Assembly: GCA_965661995.1 (NCBI GenBank)
Contig: CBFIFZ010000001.1
Coordinates: forward strand, 3,987 to 67,986
Direction of reading: 5' to 3'
Length of the DNA stretch: 64,000 nt
From: Roseicyclus sp.
GTDB taxonomy: Bacteria; Pseudomonadota; Alphaproteobacteria; Rhodobacterales; Rhodobacteraceae
Part shown: piece after piece, positions 30,116-39,335 of the stretch
Layout: each line of letters opens with the position of its first letter
Numbering within the stretch: position 1 is the first letter of the stretch
Notes under the pieces: generated by a model
What the model saw: only the letters and a program-made list of their open reading frames with translations
Told to the model about the DNA's origin: nothing
The model's database searches: none
Position numbers and translations under genes: made by a program

Positions 30116-30757
30116 TCAGATCCCGAGGAAGGGCTGCGCGATGCGCGGCAATAGCCCCTGAAAGCGCAGCTTCGCGTCCGTCGCGATCAGGCAGATGCAA
30201 TCCTCGCCCGGTTCGGCGACCGGCTGGTGATCGACTTCCTGGTTGGCGACCTCGATGTCGCCGCGGGCATAGACGCCGTCCTCGTCGCGGAACGCGCCCT
30301 TGAGGACCAGCGTCATCTCCATCCCGTTGTGCCCGTGCTGCGGCATTGCCTGCCCGGCGGGGATGTAGAGAAGCCGGGCGGTCACGCCGTCCTCGGAACA
30401 CAGAACGGCCTGCTTGGCACCCATGCCGAGGTTTTTCCACTTCACGGCATCTTCGTCGCCGCCGACGATCTCGCGCAGCGGCTTGGGGAAAACACCGTTC
30501 GACGGCTTGACCTTGGGTGTCGGCGCCATGCCGGAGATCTTGGCCAGCGTCTTCTCGAGGCTGTCCTCGCCGATCGCGTATTCCTCAAGCTCGGAAAGGA
30601 CGGCGCCGCCGACCTCTTCGAAGCCGGCAAGTCGGGCGCGGGCGTCATCGCTGAGCGAGACATGCGTCGCCACAACGAGGTCGAATGCCTGCGGGAGTGC
30701 GCCAGCGGCGTAGCCCATCAGCAGATCATCCGGAATATGATGACGAATTGCGGTCAT
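30116..30757 (-). CDS. chrR: Anti-sigma factor ChrR
   Basis: IRHH..DDLLMGYAAG anti-sigma domain plus cupin (HGHNGMEMTLVLKGAF, HQP); downstream of ECF sigma. Confidence 0.93.
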   Translation of the reverse strand: MTAIRHHIPDDLLMGYAAGALPQAFDLVVATHVSLSDDARARLAGFEEVGGAVLSELEEYAIGEDSLEKTLAKISGMAPTPKVKPSNGVFPKPLREIVGGDEDAVKWKNLGMGAKQAVLCSEDGVTARLLYIPAGQAMPQHGHNGMEMTLVLKGAFRDEDGVYARGDIEVANQEVDHQPVAEPGEDCICLIATDAKLRFQGLLPRIAQPFLGI

Positions 30758-30766
30758 CGGGTCTCC

Positions 30767-31417
30767 TCAACTCATTGCGTGGCGCAACCTTTCCAACGCC
30801 AACCTAATACGGGACTTGATCGTGCCAAGGGGCAATCCGGTTTCGGCCGCGATTTCACTGTGCGTGAGGTCGCCGAAATAGGCACGTTCGATGAGCTCCC
30901 TCTGCTTCGGAGGGAGTTTGCGGATCGCATCCGCGAGCTTCGTCGATTCCTGGTGGAGCGCGATGACATCGGCCTGGTCGGGCTCCTGCTCGGGCCCCCA
31001 GGGCAGGTCTTCGGGCTCGGGGCGGGCGTAGCGGCGCAGGAGGTCGATCTTGCGATTCCGCGCAATCGTGAAGATCCAGGTCGCGACCGAGGCCCGCGAC
31101 GGGTCATACATATGCGCCTTGTGCCAGAGCGTGGCCATCACGTCCTGCATGCACTCCTCCGCGAGGCTTTCATCGGCCCCGGACTTGATCAGGAAAGCTT
31201 TCACGCGGGGTGCGAAGTGTCGAAACACCTCGGCAAAGGCCTTCTGATCCTGGTGTTGCGCAATGCTGACGACGCTCGCCACCCAATGCGCTTCGGTCTT
31301 TTCCATCACCGTCACGGTCTCAACACGCCTTTCTGGCCGACGCATCATACTGGGGGCCGGCAAGGTCCCCTGCAAGGCGTCAGCTGTCTGGTCAGCGTGG
31401 TCGTTCAGTGACAGCAT
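30767..31417 (-). CDS. rpoE: ECF sigma factor RpoE (ECF11, singlet-oxygen response); start could be further downstream
   Basis: WIFTIARNRKID, LPLGTIKSRIRLAL; paired with chrR. Confidence 0.93.
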   Translation of the reverse strand: MLSLNDHADQTADALQGTLPAPSMMRRPERRVETVTVMEKTEAHWVASVVSIAQHQDQKAFAEVFRHFAPRVKAFLIKSGADESLAEECMQDVMATLWHKAHMYDPSRASVATWIFTIARNRKIDLLRRYARPEPEDLPWGPEQEPDQADVIALHQESTKLADAIRKLPPKQRELIERAYFGDLTHSEIAAETGLPLGTIKSRIRLALERLRHAMS

Positions 31418-31423
31418 ATCCGG

Positions 31424-31451
31424 CTTACGAGATTCTCCCTAGACCGGATCA
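31424..31451 (-). promoter_or_regulatory. RpoE-dependent promoter of rpoE-chrR
   Basis: Minus strand TGATCC-N16-CGTAAG, matching the Rhodobacter sigmaE consensus. Confidence 0.85.
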
Positions 31452-31464
31452 AAAATAAATTCTT

Positions 31465-31492
31465 TGATCTGGGCAGGTTTGAGGCTCGTAAC
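31465..31492 (+). promoter_or_regulatory. RpoE-dependent promoter of the divergent ufaD/ufaO-like operon
   Basis: TGATCT (31465-31470)-N16-CGTAAC (31487-31492). Confidence 0.8.
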
Positions 31493-31532
31493 CCTCAGGA
31501 CTTGCACGAAGACGCTTGAGGGAAAAACACGC

Positions 31533-32825
31533 ATGCCATTCGAACAGCCGGCCGCCGCGCCGAAACGTATCGCCGTGATCGGGGCCGGGATCTCGGGGAT
31601 GGGGGCCGCCTACCACCTTGCCGATGCCAATTCCGTCACCCTGTTCGAGGCCGAACCGCGCCTTGGCGGCCATGCGCGCACCATCGTGGCGGGCAAGCGG
31701 GGCGATCAGCCGGTCGACACGGGCTTCATCGTGTTCAACCGCGTGAACTATCCCAACTTGGTGAAACTGTTCGAGGCGCTGGATGTGCCGGTCGCCAAAT
31801 CCGACATGAGCTTCGCCGCCTCCATCGGGAACGGCCGTATCGAATACGGGCTGCGCAGCCTGCAGGCGCTCTTCGCGCAGAAGCGCAACCTGGCCAATCC
31901 GGGCTTCTTGCGGATGGTGCGCGACCTGATGACCTTCAACGCCCGCGCCGAACAGGTGGCCAATGACAGCTCGGTCACGCTGGGCGAGCTGATGGACGAG
32001 ATGGGCATGGGCCGCTGGTTCCGCGACTATTACCTGACGCCGATCTCGGGCGCGATCTGGTCCACGCCCAAGGAAGAGATCATGGATTTCCCCGCGCAGG
32101 CGCTGGTGCGGTTCTTCCGCAACCACCACCTGTTGCAGGCCACCGGGCAGCACCAGTGGTATACCGTGCAGGGCGGGTCCATCGAATATGTCACCCGGCT
32201 GGAACGCGCGCTGGTCACCAAGGGCGTCGACATCCGCCTCGCCGCGCCGATCGAGACGGTGAAGCGCAGCGCGCTGGGCGTCGAGATCCGCCGCGGCGGG
32301 CATTGGGAGGTCTTCGACGAGGTCGTCTTCGCCACCCATTCCGACGACAGCCTGGCCATGCTGGCCGACCCCACGCCGACCGAAAGCGCGGCGCTTGGCG
32401 CCGTGCGCTACCAGCCCAACACCGCCATCCTGCACGCCGATGCCCGCGCCATGCCCAAGCGCCGCGTGACGTGGTCGAGCTGGAACTACACCGAGCGCGA
32501 GGGGCACGAGGGCGGACCGATCGACCTGACCTACTGGATGAACTGCCTCCAGCCGATCCCGGAAAGCGACCCGCTGTTCGTCACGCTGAACAGCCGCGCG
32601 CCCATCGACGAGAGCTTGATCTATGACACGGCGGAATTCCGTCACCCGGTCTATGACCTTGCTGCATTGGCGGCACAGGGAACGGTCAGGGCGATGAACG
32701 GACAGAACAACACGTGGTTCTGCGGCGCGTGGATGAAGAACGGCTTCCACGAAGACGGCTATGCCAGCGCCATCGACGTGGTCGAGGCCATGGCCGCGCG
32801 CGATGGGGCGGCTGTCGCCGCATGA
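31533..32825 (+). CDS. FAD-dependent oxidoreductase, RSP_1091/UfaD-like fatty acid desaturase
   Basis: IGAGISG, VDTGFIVFN..NYP, WSSWNY, GAWMKNGFHEDG; divergent from rpoE as in R. sphaeroides. Confidence 0.88.
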   Translation: MPFEQPAAAPKRIAVIGAGISGMGAAYHLADANSVTLFEAEPRLGGHARTIVAGKRGDQPVDTGFIVFNRVNYPNLVKLFEALDVPVAKSDMSFAASIGNGRIEYGLRSLQALFAQKRNLANPGFLRMVRDLMTFNARAEQVANDSSVTLGELMDEMGMGRWFRDYYLTPISGAIWSTPKEEIMDFPAQALVRFFRNHHLLQATGQHQWYTVQGGSIEYVTRLERALVTKGVDIRLAAPIETVKRSALGVEIRRGGHWEVFDEVVFATHSDDSLAMLADPTPTESAALGAVRYQPNTAILHADARAMPKRRVTWSSWNYTEREGHEGGPIDLTYWMNCLQPIPESDPLFVTLNSRAPIDESLIYDTAEFRHPVYDLAALAAQGTVRAMNGQNNTWFCGAWMKNGFHEDGYASAIDVVEAMAARDGAAVAA

Positions 32826-33583
32826 ACGCGGTCGACCATATCAAGGGCTCGACCTTTCACGGGCGGCGCGGCGCGGTCGAGAACGCCTTCACCTATTCCA
32901 TCGACTACGTGATGCTGGATGCCGAGGCAGGGCGCCTCCGTGCGCCTTGGCTGTTCGGGCGCAACCGCGCCGGGCTGACATCGCTGCATGACGCCGACCA
33001 CGGCGGCCCCCCGAAAGAGGGGCGCGGCGCGCCCTGGGCGCGCGAGGTCTTTGCCGCGCATGGGCTGATCGACGTGACCGACGGCAAATTGATGCTGCTC
33101 GCCCAGCCGCGGATGCTGGGGCATGTGTTCAACCCGGTCGCCTTCTGGCTGGCCCATGACCGGCAAGGACGGCTGCGCGCCGTGATCGCCGAGGTGACGA
33201 ACACCTTCGGCGACCGGCATTCCTATCTCTGCGCCCACCACGACCAGCGCCCGATCACGCGCGAGGACACGCTGTCGGCGCAGAAGATCTTCCATGTCTC
33301 GCCCTTCCAGCCGATCGAGGGCGGCTACACCTTCCGCTTCGACATCCGCAGCGATCGCGTGGGCGTCTGGATCGACTATTCCACGGGAAACGAGGGCGTT
33401 CTGGCCACGCTGACCGGCAAGCGCGCGCCGCTGACGACGATCGGCATCGTCAAATCCGCTTTCCGCCGCCCGTTGGGCGCGCGACGGGTGCTGGCGCTGA
33501 TCCATTGGCAGGCGCTGAAGCTGTGGTGGAAAGGGGCGCCCTACCGCGTGCGGCCCGCGCCCCCGGAGCAAGAAATCTCCTGA
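32822..33583 (+). CDS. DUF1365 protein, RSP_1090/UfaO-like
   Basis: FNPVAFW, AEVTNTFGDRHSY, KIFHVSPF, IHWQALKLW. Confidence 0.9.
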   Translation: MNAVDHIKGSTFHGRRGAVENAFTYSIDYVMLDAEAGRLRAPWLFGRNRAGLTSLHDADHGGPPKEGRGAPWAREVFAAHGLIDVTDGKLMLLAQPRMLGHVFNPVAFWLAHDRQGRLRAVIAEVTNTFGDRHSYLCAHHDQRPITREDTLSAQKIFHVSPFQPIEGGYTFRFDIRSDRVGVWIDYSTGNEGVLATLTGKRAPLTTIGIVKSAFRRPLGARRVLALIHWQALKLWWKGAPYRVRPAPPEQEIS

Positions 33584-33584
33584 C

Positions 33585-34826
33585 ATGCCCCTAGCGCCCT
33601 CCCGCCCCGGCTACGCGGTCTTCGCCGCGATGCTCGCCGCGGCGGGCCTGCCCATCTACATCCACGCGCCCAAGGTCTATGTCGACGAATTCGGCGTCGG
33701 CCTGACCGCGCTGGCGGGGGTGCTCTTCGTCCTGCGCCTCTTCGACGTGGTGCAGGACCCGGCGCTCGGGTGGCTGGCGCAAAGGCTGCGCGCAAGGCGC
33801 GGGCTGGCCGTGGCCGTCGGGGTGGCTGTGCTGGCGGGCTCCATGCTGGGGCTCTTCGCGGTGGAACCGCCCATCGCGGCCCTGTGGTGGTTCGCGCTGA
33901 TGATGACCGGGCTCTTCTCGGCCTTTTCCTTCCTCACGATCTGCATGTACGCCCAAGGTGTCGCCGCCGCCCCGCGGCTGGGGGAACAGGGCTACCTCGG
34001 CCTTGCCGCATGGCGGGAAACCGGCGCGCTACTGGGTGTCTGCGTTGCCGCCGTTGCGCCCACGGCGCTGGATGCCATGGGCGACCCCTACGGCAATTTC
34101 GCGCTCGGCTTCGCGCTTGTCTGCGCGGCCGCGCTCTGGCTCATGCGCCGTGAATGGACGGCGGAGGGCGCGGTCGGCGGATCGGGCTTCGGTGCGGTCC
34201 TGTCGGACGCCATCGCACGGCGGCTCCTGCTGGTCGCCCTGATGAACGCCGCGCCCGTGGCCGTCTCCTCGACCCTGTTCCTCTTCTATGTGGAAAGCGT
34301 TCTCGAGGCACCGGGCTGGGAGGGGCCGCTGCTCCTGCTGTTCTTTCTCGCCGCCGCGGGCACCGCGCCGCTCTGGACGAAACTCGCCGGCCGCTTCGGC
34401 CCGCGCCCCATGCTGCTGGCGGCCATGGCGCTGGCCATCGCTTCCTTCTCGCTTGTCCTAACGCTAGGTCCTGGAGACACGATCGGTTTCGCGCTGATCT
34501 GCCTTGCCTCCGGCGCGGCGTTGGGGGCGGATTTCGCCCTTCTGCCCGCGCTTTTCGCGCGCCGGATGGAGACCATCGCGCCCGAGGCCGGGGCGGCCTT
34601 CGGCCTCTGGGCCTTCGTGTCGAAAGCCTCGCTCGCGCTGGCGGCCGTTCTGCTGCTTCCGACGCTCGATGCGGCCGGGTTCCGGTCGGGCGGCGAAAAC
34701 ACGCAGGTCGCGCTGGACCTGCTCACCTATCTCTATGCCTTGGTGCCCTGCGTCCTGAAACTGGGCGCGATGGCGGTGCTGGCGACGACGCCCCTGCCTG
34801 AGGGCGGGCAGCCGAAGACGACCTGA
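33585..34826 (+). CDS. MFS / sugar-cation symporter-like transporter
   Basis: RLFDVVQDP, about 12 TM segments. Confidence 0.85.
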   Translation: MPLAPSRPGYAVFAAMLAAAGLPIYIHAPKVYVDEFGVGLTALAGVLFVLRLFDVVQDPALGWLAQRLRARRGLAVAVGVAVLAGSMLGLFAVEPPIAALWWFALMMTGLFSAFSFLTICMYAQGVAAAPRLGEQGYLGLAAWRETGALLGVCVAAVAPTALDAMGDPYGNFALGFALVCAAALWLMRREWTAEGAVGGSGFGAVLSDAIARRLLLVALMNAAPVAVSSTLFLFYVESVLEAPGWEGPLLLLFFLAAAGTAPLWTKLAGRFGPRPMLLAAMALAIASFSLVLTLGPGDTIGFALICLASGAALGADFALLPALFARRMETIAPEAGAAFGLWAFVSKASLALAAVLLLPTLDAAGFRSGGENTQVALDLLTYLYALVPCVLKLGAMAVLATTPLPEGGQPKTT

Positions 34827-34837
34827 AAGGAGACGAC

Positions 34838-35575
34838 ATGCGCGAGTGGAGCGGAAAACGGTACTGGCTGGTGGGCGCCTCCGAGGGGTTGGGCCGTGCG
34901 CTGGCGATGAAGATGAGCCGCGCGGGCGCGGAGCTGATCCTCTCGGCGCGGTCTGGCGACCGGCTGCGCGAACTGGCCGCCGAGCTGCCGGGGCGCACCC
35001 ATGTCGTGCCGATGGACATCGCCGACCGCGACAGCGTCGAGGAAGCTGCCAAGGAGGTGGGCGAGATCGACGGGCTCGTGTTCCTCGCGGGGCTCGCCAC
35101 GCTGATCAAGGCGACCGAATGGGATGCCGACCGCGTCGAACAGATGTTCGACGTGAACCTGACGGGGGCGGCCCGCGTCATCGGTCAGGTGATCGGCGGC
35201 ATGGTCGAGCGCGACGCGGGCCATATCATGATGATCGGCTCGCTCTCGGCCTATCGCGGCCTGCCGGGGTCGATCGGCTATTCGGCCTCCAAGGCCGGGC
35301 TGATGGCGCTGGCCGAGTCGATGCACGGCGACCTGCGGCACACGGGCGTGCTCGTGCAGTTGTCGAATCCCGGCTACATCCAGACCCGGATGCAGGACGA
35401 CAACCCCCATTCCAAACCCTTCATCATGTCCCCCGACGAGGCCGCGCAGGAGGTGTTCGAGCAGATGAACACCGACAGGTTCCACAAGGCTTTTCCCTTC
35501 GGTTTCAGCCTGCTCTTCCGGCTCTCTCGCTTGCTGCCGACGGGGCTATACGAAGCGATCTTCTTCCGCCGCTGA
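34838..35575 (+). CDS. SDR family oxidoreductase
   Basis: GASEGLG, YSASK, NPGYI. Confidence 0.9.
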   Translation: MREWSGKRYWLVGASEGLGRALAMKMSRAGAELILSARSGDRLRELAAELPGRTHVVPMDIADRDSVEEAAKEVGEIDGLVFLAGLATLIKATEWDADRVEQMFDVNLTGAARVIGQVIGGMVERDAGHIMMIGSLSAYRGLPGSIGYSASKAGLMALAESMHGDLRHTGVLVQLSNPGYIQTRMQDDNPHSKPFIMSPDEAAQEVFEQMNTDRFHKAFPFGFSLLFRLSRLLPTGLYEAIFFRR

Positions 35576-35655
35576 GTTGACGTCGATCAAGGACGGAGGA
35601 GCGCCTCTGCTGTGCTAGTATGGCGAGCAATGGATACGCGCGAGGAGGGACGGGC

Positions 35656-35970
35656 ATGGAGATCTCAGCGAGGAAGGTGGCCCAGGTCATCCTGATGGGC
35701 CACGAGCTCGAGCGGGCCGAGGGAGAGCTTCGGGCCTTCATCGACCGGATGAACGAGGACGAGCAGGCCGAGCTGACGGCGATCTACTGGATCGGCCGCG
35801 GCAGTTTCGAGGTCGAGGATTGGGACGAGGCGGTCGCGACGGCGCAGGCCGAGGCGACGACGCCGACCGCCGATTACCTGCTCGGCAGCCCGCATTTCGC
35901 CGACCATCTCGAGGCCGGGGCCGAGGCGCTGGGCATCGACATCACCGACGAAGAGGAAGACCTGCTCTAG
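35656..35970 (+). CDS. DUF3775 domain protein
   Basis: EDEQAELTAIYWIGRG, TADYLLGSPHFADHLEAG. Confidence 0.8.
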   Translation: MEISARKVAQVILMGHELERAEGELRAFIDRMNEDEQAELTAIYWIGRGSFEVEDWDEAVATAQAEATTPTADYLLGSPHFADHLEAGAEALGIDITDEEEDLL

Positions 35971-36117
35971 GCTCGACCGACGGCTCCCGCGCGTTGGACG
36001 TGGCCTTCGGCCCGTCCAGCCGCTTTGGGCCCGGCGCCGCGGGCGGCCTTCGGCCGCGTCGCGGCCAGGGTGTGCCCCTGCCTGACGGTGGCGCGGGATG
36101 GCAGGTGTCGGAGTGCG

Positions 36118-36137
36118 TATTTCTGGAAAGATGAAGG
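36118..36137 (+). repeat. Copy of dispersed intergenic motif TATTTYTGGAAAGATGAAGG
   Basis: 19/20 identical to 49386-49405. Confidence 0.7.
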
Positions 36138-36149
36138 CGAAAGACCGTG

Positions 36150-37199
36150 TCAGGCTTTGACGTGCCGGTCGAACTCTGCCCTTGCCCGCGCCCAGACGTC
36201 CCGATCGATCCGGTCGAGCGCGAGGAGCGAGGGCAGAAGCTGGGCGGCGTAGTCCTGCGAGCTTTCGAGCGGCAGGAGCGAGGGCAGGTTGTCGATCGCC
36301 ATGACGTCGAGCGGCGCGTCCTCATGGGTGCGCAGCGCAGGCGCGACCCAGTCGGTGGTGCGGTCATAGACCTTGATCGGCGAGAAATCGGATGTCGGGT
36401 CGCAGGCGATGTCGCCCACCACGCGGAGCGCGCGCGGCGCGGTCTTTGCCGTCTCCGGCAGGAAGACGGGCACGCCGGGCATCGCGAGGATGCAGTTGAG
36501 GAAGATCTCGTGCTCGAGGATCTCGGGGAACGGGCCGCCATGGGCGGTCTCGGCCATGTCCCAGAGCGTGGGTTCAATGCCCGTGGCACGGCAGAAATCG
36601 GCGGCGCCGGTGCCGACGCGGCCCTTCGCGCCGATGATGATCGCCCGCGGGGCGAGGCCCGTGGCCCTGAGGGCGGCGGCGATCTCGTCGGTCAGGGTGC
36701 GGGCATCCGGGTAGGTCGAGACCGGGCCGCAGAGCCTGCCCTGCGCCTGCGCGATAAGCGCCAGCGTGGAGACGGCGGCCCCGGCGTAGCCCGCCCAGTA
36801 GCCGAAGGCCGCGACACGGCGGCCGGTGTCATCGACGAGGTATTCGAGGTCATAGAGCGTGCCGCCGCCCGCGCGGAACCGGTCGAGCAGCACGCGGCCC
36901 GCGGGCTGGCCCTTGTAGGCGTGGCCGAACATGATGTGGCGGTGGACCAGGGGCGTGCCGTCCTCGGGCAGTTCCTTGAGGCCGAAGATGATGGCATCCC
37001 GCGGCGCGTCGGGCCAGCTGCCCTCGGGGGCCGTCGTCGCTCCCGCGTCGATGTAGCCGTGCAGCGGGATGACCCGGCTGCGGCTGTCCTCGACCGTCAC
37101 GCGGAGGCCGGCTGCGATCAGTGCCTTGGCGCCCTTGGGCGTCAGGCCGACGCGATCCTCGTTCGGGCGCTGTTCGGCACGGACCCAGAGATGCGTCAT
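36150..37199 (-). CDS. Saccharopine dehydrogenase (NAD+, L-lysine-forming / Lys1-like)
   Basis: HLWVRAE, GLKELP, HAYKGQ, YDLEYL, GAKGRVG.GA, IDNLPSLLP.ESS. Confidence 0.88.
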   Translation of the reverse strand: MTHLWVRAEQRPNEDRVGLTPKGAKALIAAGLRVTVEDSRSRVIPLHGYIDAGATTAPEGSWPDAPRDAIIFGLKELPEDGTPLVHRHIMFGHAYKGQPAGRVLLDRFRAGGGTLYDLEYLVDDTGRRVAAFGYWAGYAGAAVSTLALIAQAQGRLCGPVSTYPDARTLTDEIAAALRATGLAPRAIIIGAKGRVGTGAADFCRATGIEPTLWDMAETAHGGPFPEILEHEIFLNCILAMPGVPVFLPETAKTAPRALRVVGDIACDPTSDFSPIKVYDRTTDWVAPALRTHEDAPLDVMAIDNLPSLLPLESSQDYAAQLLPSLLALDRIDRDVWARARAEFDRHVKA

Positions 37200-37203
37200 G
37201 GTC

Positions 37204-37854
37204 TCAGTACTCCGTCCTTGCATGGATGCGGTCGGGGGTGTCGAGATGCGGTGTCGCGTTGAAGCCTGAGAGGATCTGCGCCTCGGGCAGCACCATCACC
37301 CGGTGGATCGAGCAGTTGCGGATCGGCACCAGCAGATGCGCCATGCGCGCGATGTCGAGGTCGAGGATGTGGCGCACCATCATCCCGATCACGCCGCCCG
37401 AGGTGACGCAGAGCACCCGGCGGCCGGGCCGCGCGGCGATGGTCAGCATCTCGGCGACGCGGCTCTCGAAGCTGGCGTAGCTTTCCTCGCCCTGGATCTC
37501 GGCGCGCTGCCAGGCCTGCATGATGTCGGTGATATGGCTGACGAAAGTGTCCGGCGTGGGGGCGGGTTTGCCCGTGGCCTTCGAATGGGCTTGGGAGAGA
37601 TTGAAATAATCCAGCTCGTTCAGGCGGGCGTCGACCTCGGCCTCGGCACCCATGTCGCCCATGCCTTCGGCGGTTTCCCGGTGCCGGCGGAGCGAGCCCA
37701 TCAGCACGCGGTCGAAGGGGCCGTCGTGGCTGCGGAGCCACTCGCCCAGCCAGCGCGCCTGCTGGTGGCCGAGATCGGAGAGGCGGTCGTAGCCCGTTTC
37801 GTCCTGCGCAGCCGAGTTCGCCTGCCCGTGGCGCACGAGTACCAGTTCGCCCAT
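37204..37854 (-). CDS. Histidine phosphatase family protein
   Basis: LVRHGQA, YDRLSDLG, TSGG. Confidence 0.9.
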   Translation of the reverse strand: MGELVLVRHGQANSAAQDETGYDRLSDLGHQQARWLGEWLRSHDGPFDRVLMGSLRRHRETAEGMGDMGAEAEVDARLNELDYFNLSQAHSKATGKPAPTPDTFVSHITDIMQAWQRAEIQGEESYASFESRVAEMLTIAARPGRRVLCVTSGGVIGMMVRHILDLDIARMAHLLVPIRNCSIHRVMVLPEAQILSGFNATPHLDTPDRIHARTEY

Positions 37855-37899
37855 GGTCGTTCCCCTTTCCGGTTCAGGGGCGTGATGGGGGAACGGGCG

Positions 37900-38061
37900 T
37901 CAGAGCGCAAGGGTGGCGCGGATCTCGGGCAGGAGCGCGGCGGCGGCGATCCCCACCAACGCGCCGATGCCGAGGCGCACCAGCGGCCGTCCAAGCCGCG
38001 GTGAGGCGAGGCTGAGCAGCGCGCAGACGATGGCGTAGAAAGCGAGCGTGGTGGTGTCCAT
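37900..38061 (-). CDS. Small membrane protein (53 aa, not in ORF track)
   Basis: MDTTTLAFYAIVCALLSLASPRLGRPLVRLGIGALVGIAAAALLPEIRATLAL; two hydrophobic helices; fills the intergenic gap. Confidence 0.7.
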   Translation of the reverse strand: MDTTTLAFYAIVCALLSLASPRLGRPLVRLGIGALVGIAAAALLPEIRATLAL

Positions 38062-38098
38062 GGCTGGACGTTAGCACACGACCCGTTATCAAGGCGAC

Positions 38099-39310
38099 AT
38101 GACTTCCATCCAGATCGATCCCGCCCGCTTTCTCGAAGACCTTCACGCGCTGCGCCGCTTCGGCGGCGATGCTGCGACCAAGGGCGTGCGCCGACGCGCC
38201 TTCTCGGCCGAGGATATCGCCGCGCGCGACTGGCTGGCGGGGCGCATGACTGATGCGGGGCTGAGCCCGCATTTCGATCCGGTGGGAAATCTCTTCGGCC
38301 TGGCCGAGGGGCGGTCGCTGCTGGTCGGCTCGCATTCCGACACCCAGCCCGAGGGCGGGTGGCTCGACGGCGCGCTCGGTGTCATTGCCGGGCTGGAGGT
38401 GGCGCGTGCGGCCCGTGAGGCCGGGGGGCCGCCCGTGTCCTGCGTGAGTTTCCAGGACGAGGAGGGGCGTTTCGGCGCGCTGACGGGCAGTTCGGTCTGG
38501 TCGGGCAAGCTGCCGCTGGAGGCGGCGGACGGGCTGACCGCGATCGACGGCACCGGCTTTGCCGAGGCGCGCGCGCTTCTGGGTGAAAGGGCGGGTGCGT
38601 TCCTCGACCCCGCGCGGTTCACGGGTTTTCTCGAGATGCATATCGAGCAGGGTCCGGTTCTGGACCAGGCCGGTGAGGCGGTGGGCGTCGTGACCGGGAT
38701 CGTGGGCTTGCGGCAATTGCAGGTGACCGTGACGGGGCAGCAGAACCACGCGGGCACCACGCCGATGCGGATGCGCAAGGATGCCTTCACCGTGGCCGCG
38801 AAGATCGCGACGCGGCTGGAAGAGCGTTTCGCCAATATCGTGACACCCGACTCGGTCTGGACCATCGGGCATATCCGGCTTCATCCCGGCGCGCAGTCGG
38901 TGGTGCCGGGGCGGGCGGAGTTCTCGCTTCAGTGGCGGGATATCGACGCCGGGCGCTTGGACCGGATGGAGGCCGCGATCCGTCAGTTGCTGGAGGATGT
39001 CGCCGCGGAAACGGGCTGCCCGGTCACGTCGGAACGGCTGCGCCATGACCTTGCGCCGATGCCGATGGATGATGCGATGCAGGGGGCGCTGTGCGCTGCG
39101 GCCGAAAGCGTGGCACCGGGGCGCTGGCGCGCGATGCCTTCGGGCGCGCTGCATGACGCGTCGAACCTCGCGGGGCTGATGCCGGTTGGGATGCTCTTCG
39201 TACCGTCGATCGGGGGGATTTCCCACGATTTCGCCGAGGATACGGGTGAAGACGACCTTGTGACCGGGTTGCAGGTGCTGGCAGACGCCGCGGCGCGGCT
39301 GGCGGGGTAG
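38099..39310 (+). CDS. M20 Zn-dependent hydrolase (N-carbamoyl-amino-acid hydrolase family)
   Basis: [42 protein letters not shown]. Confidence 0.9.
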   Translation: MTSIQIDPARFLEDLHALRRFGGDAATKGVRRRAFSAEDIAARDWLAGRMTDAGLSPHFDPVGNLFGLAEGRSLLVGSHSDTQPEGGWLDGALGVIAGLEVARAAREAGGPPVSCVSFQDEEGRFGALTGSSVWSGKLPLEAADGLTAIDGTGFAEARALLGERAGAFLDPARFTGFLEMHIEQGPVLDQAGEAVGVVTGIVGLRQLQVTVTGQQNHAGTTPMRMRKDAFTVAAKIATRLEERFANIVTPDSVWTIGHIRLHPGAQSVVPGRAEFSLQWRDIDAGRLDRMEAAIRQLLEDVAAETGCPVTSERLRHDLAPMPMDDAMQGALCAAAESVAPGRWRAMPSGALHDASNLAGLMPVGMLFVPSIGGISHDFAEDTGEDDLVTGLQVLADAAARLAG

Positions 39311-39335
39311 CGGAAGACCGCAGTTTTGCGGCCGC

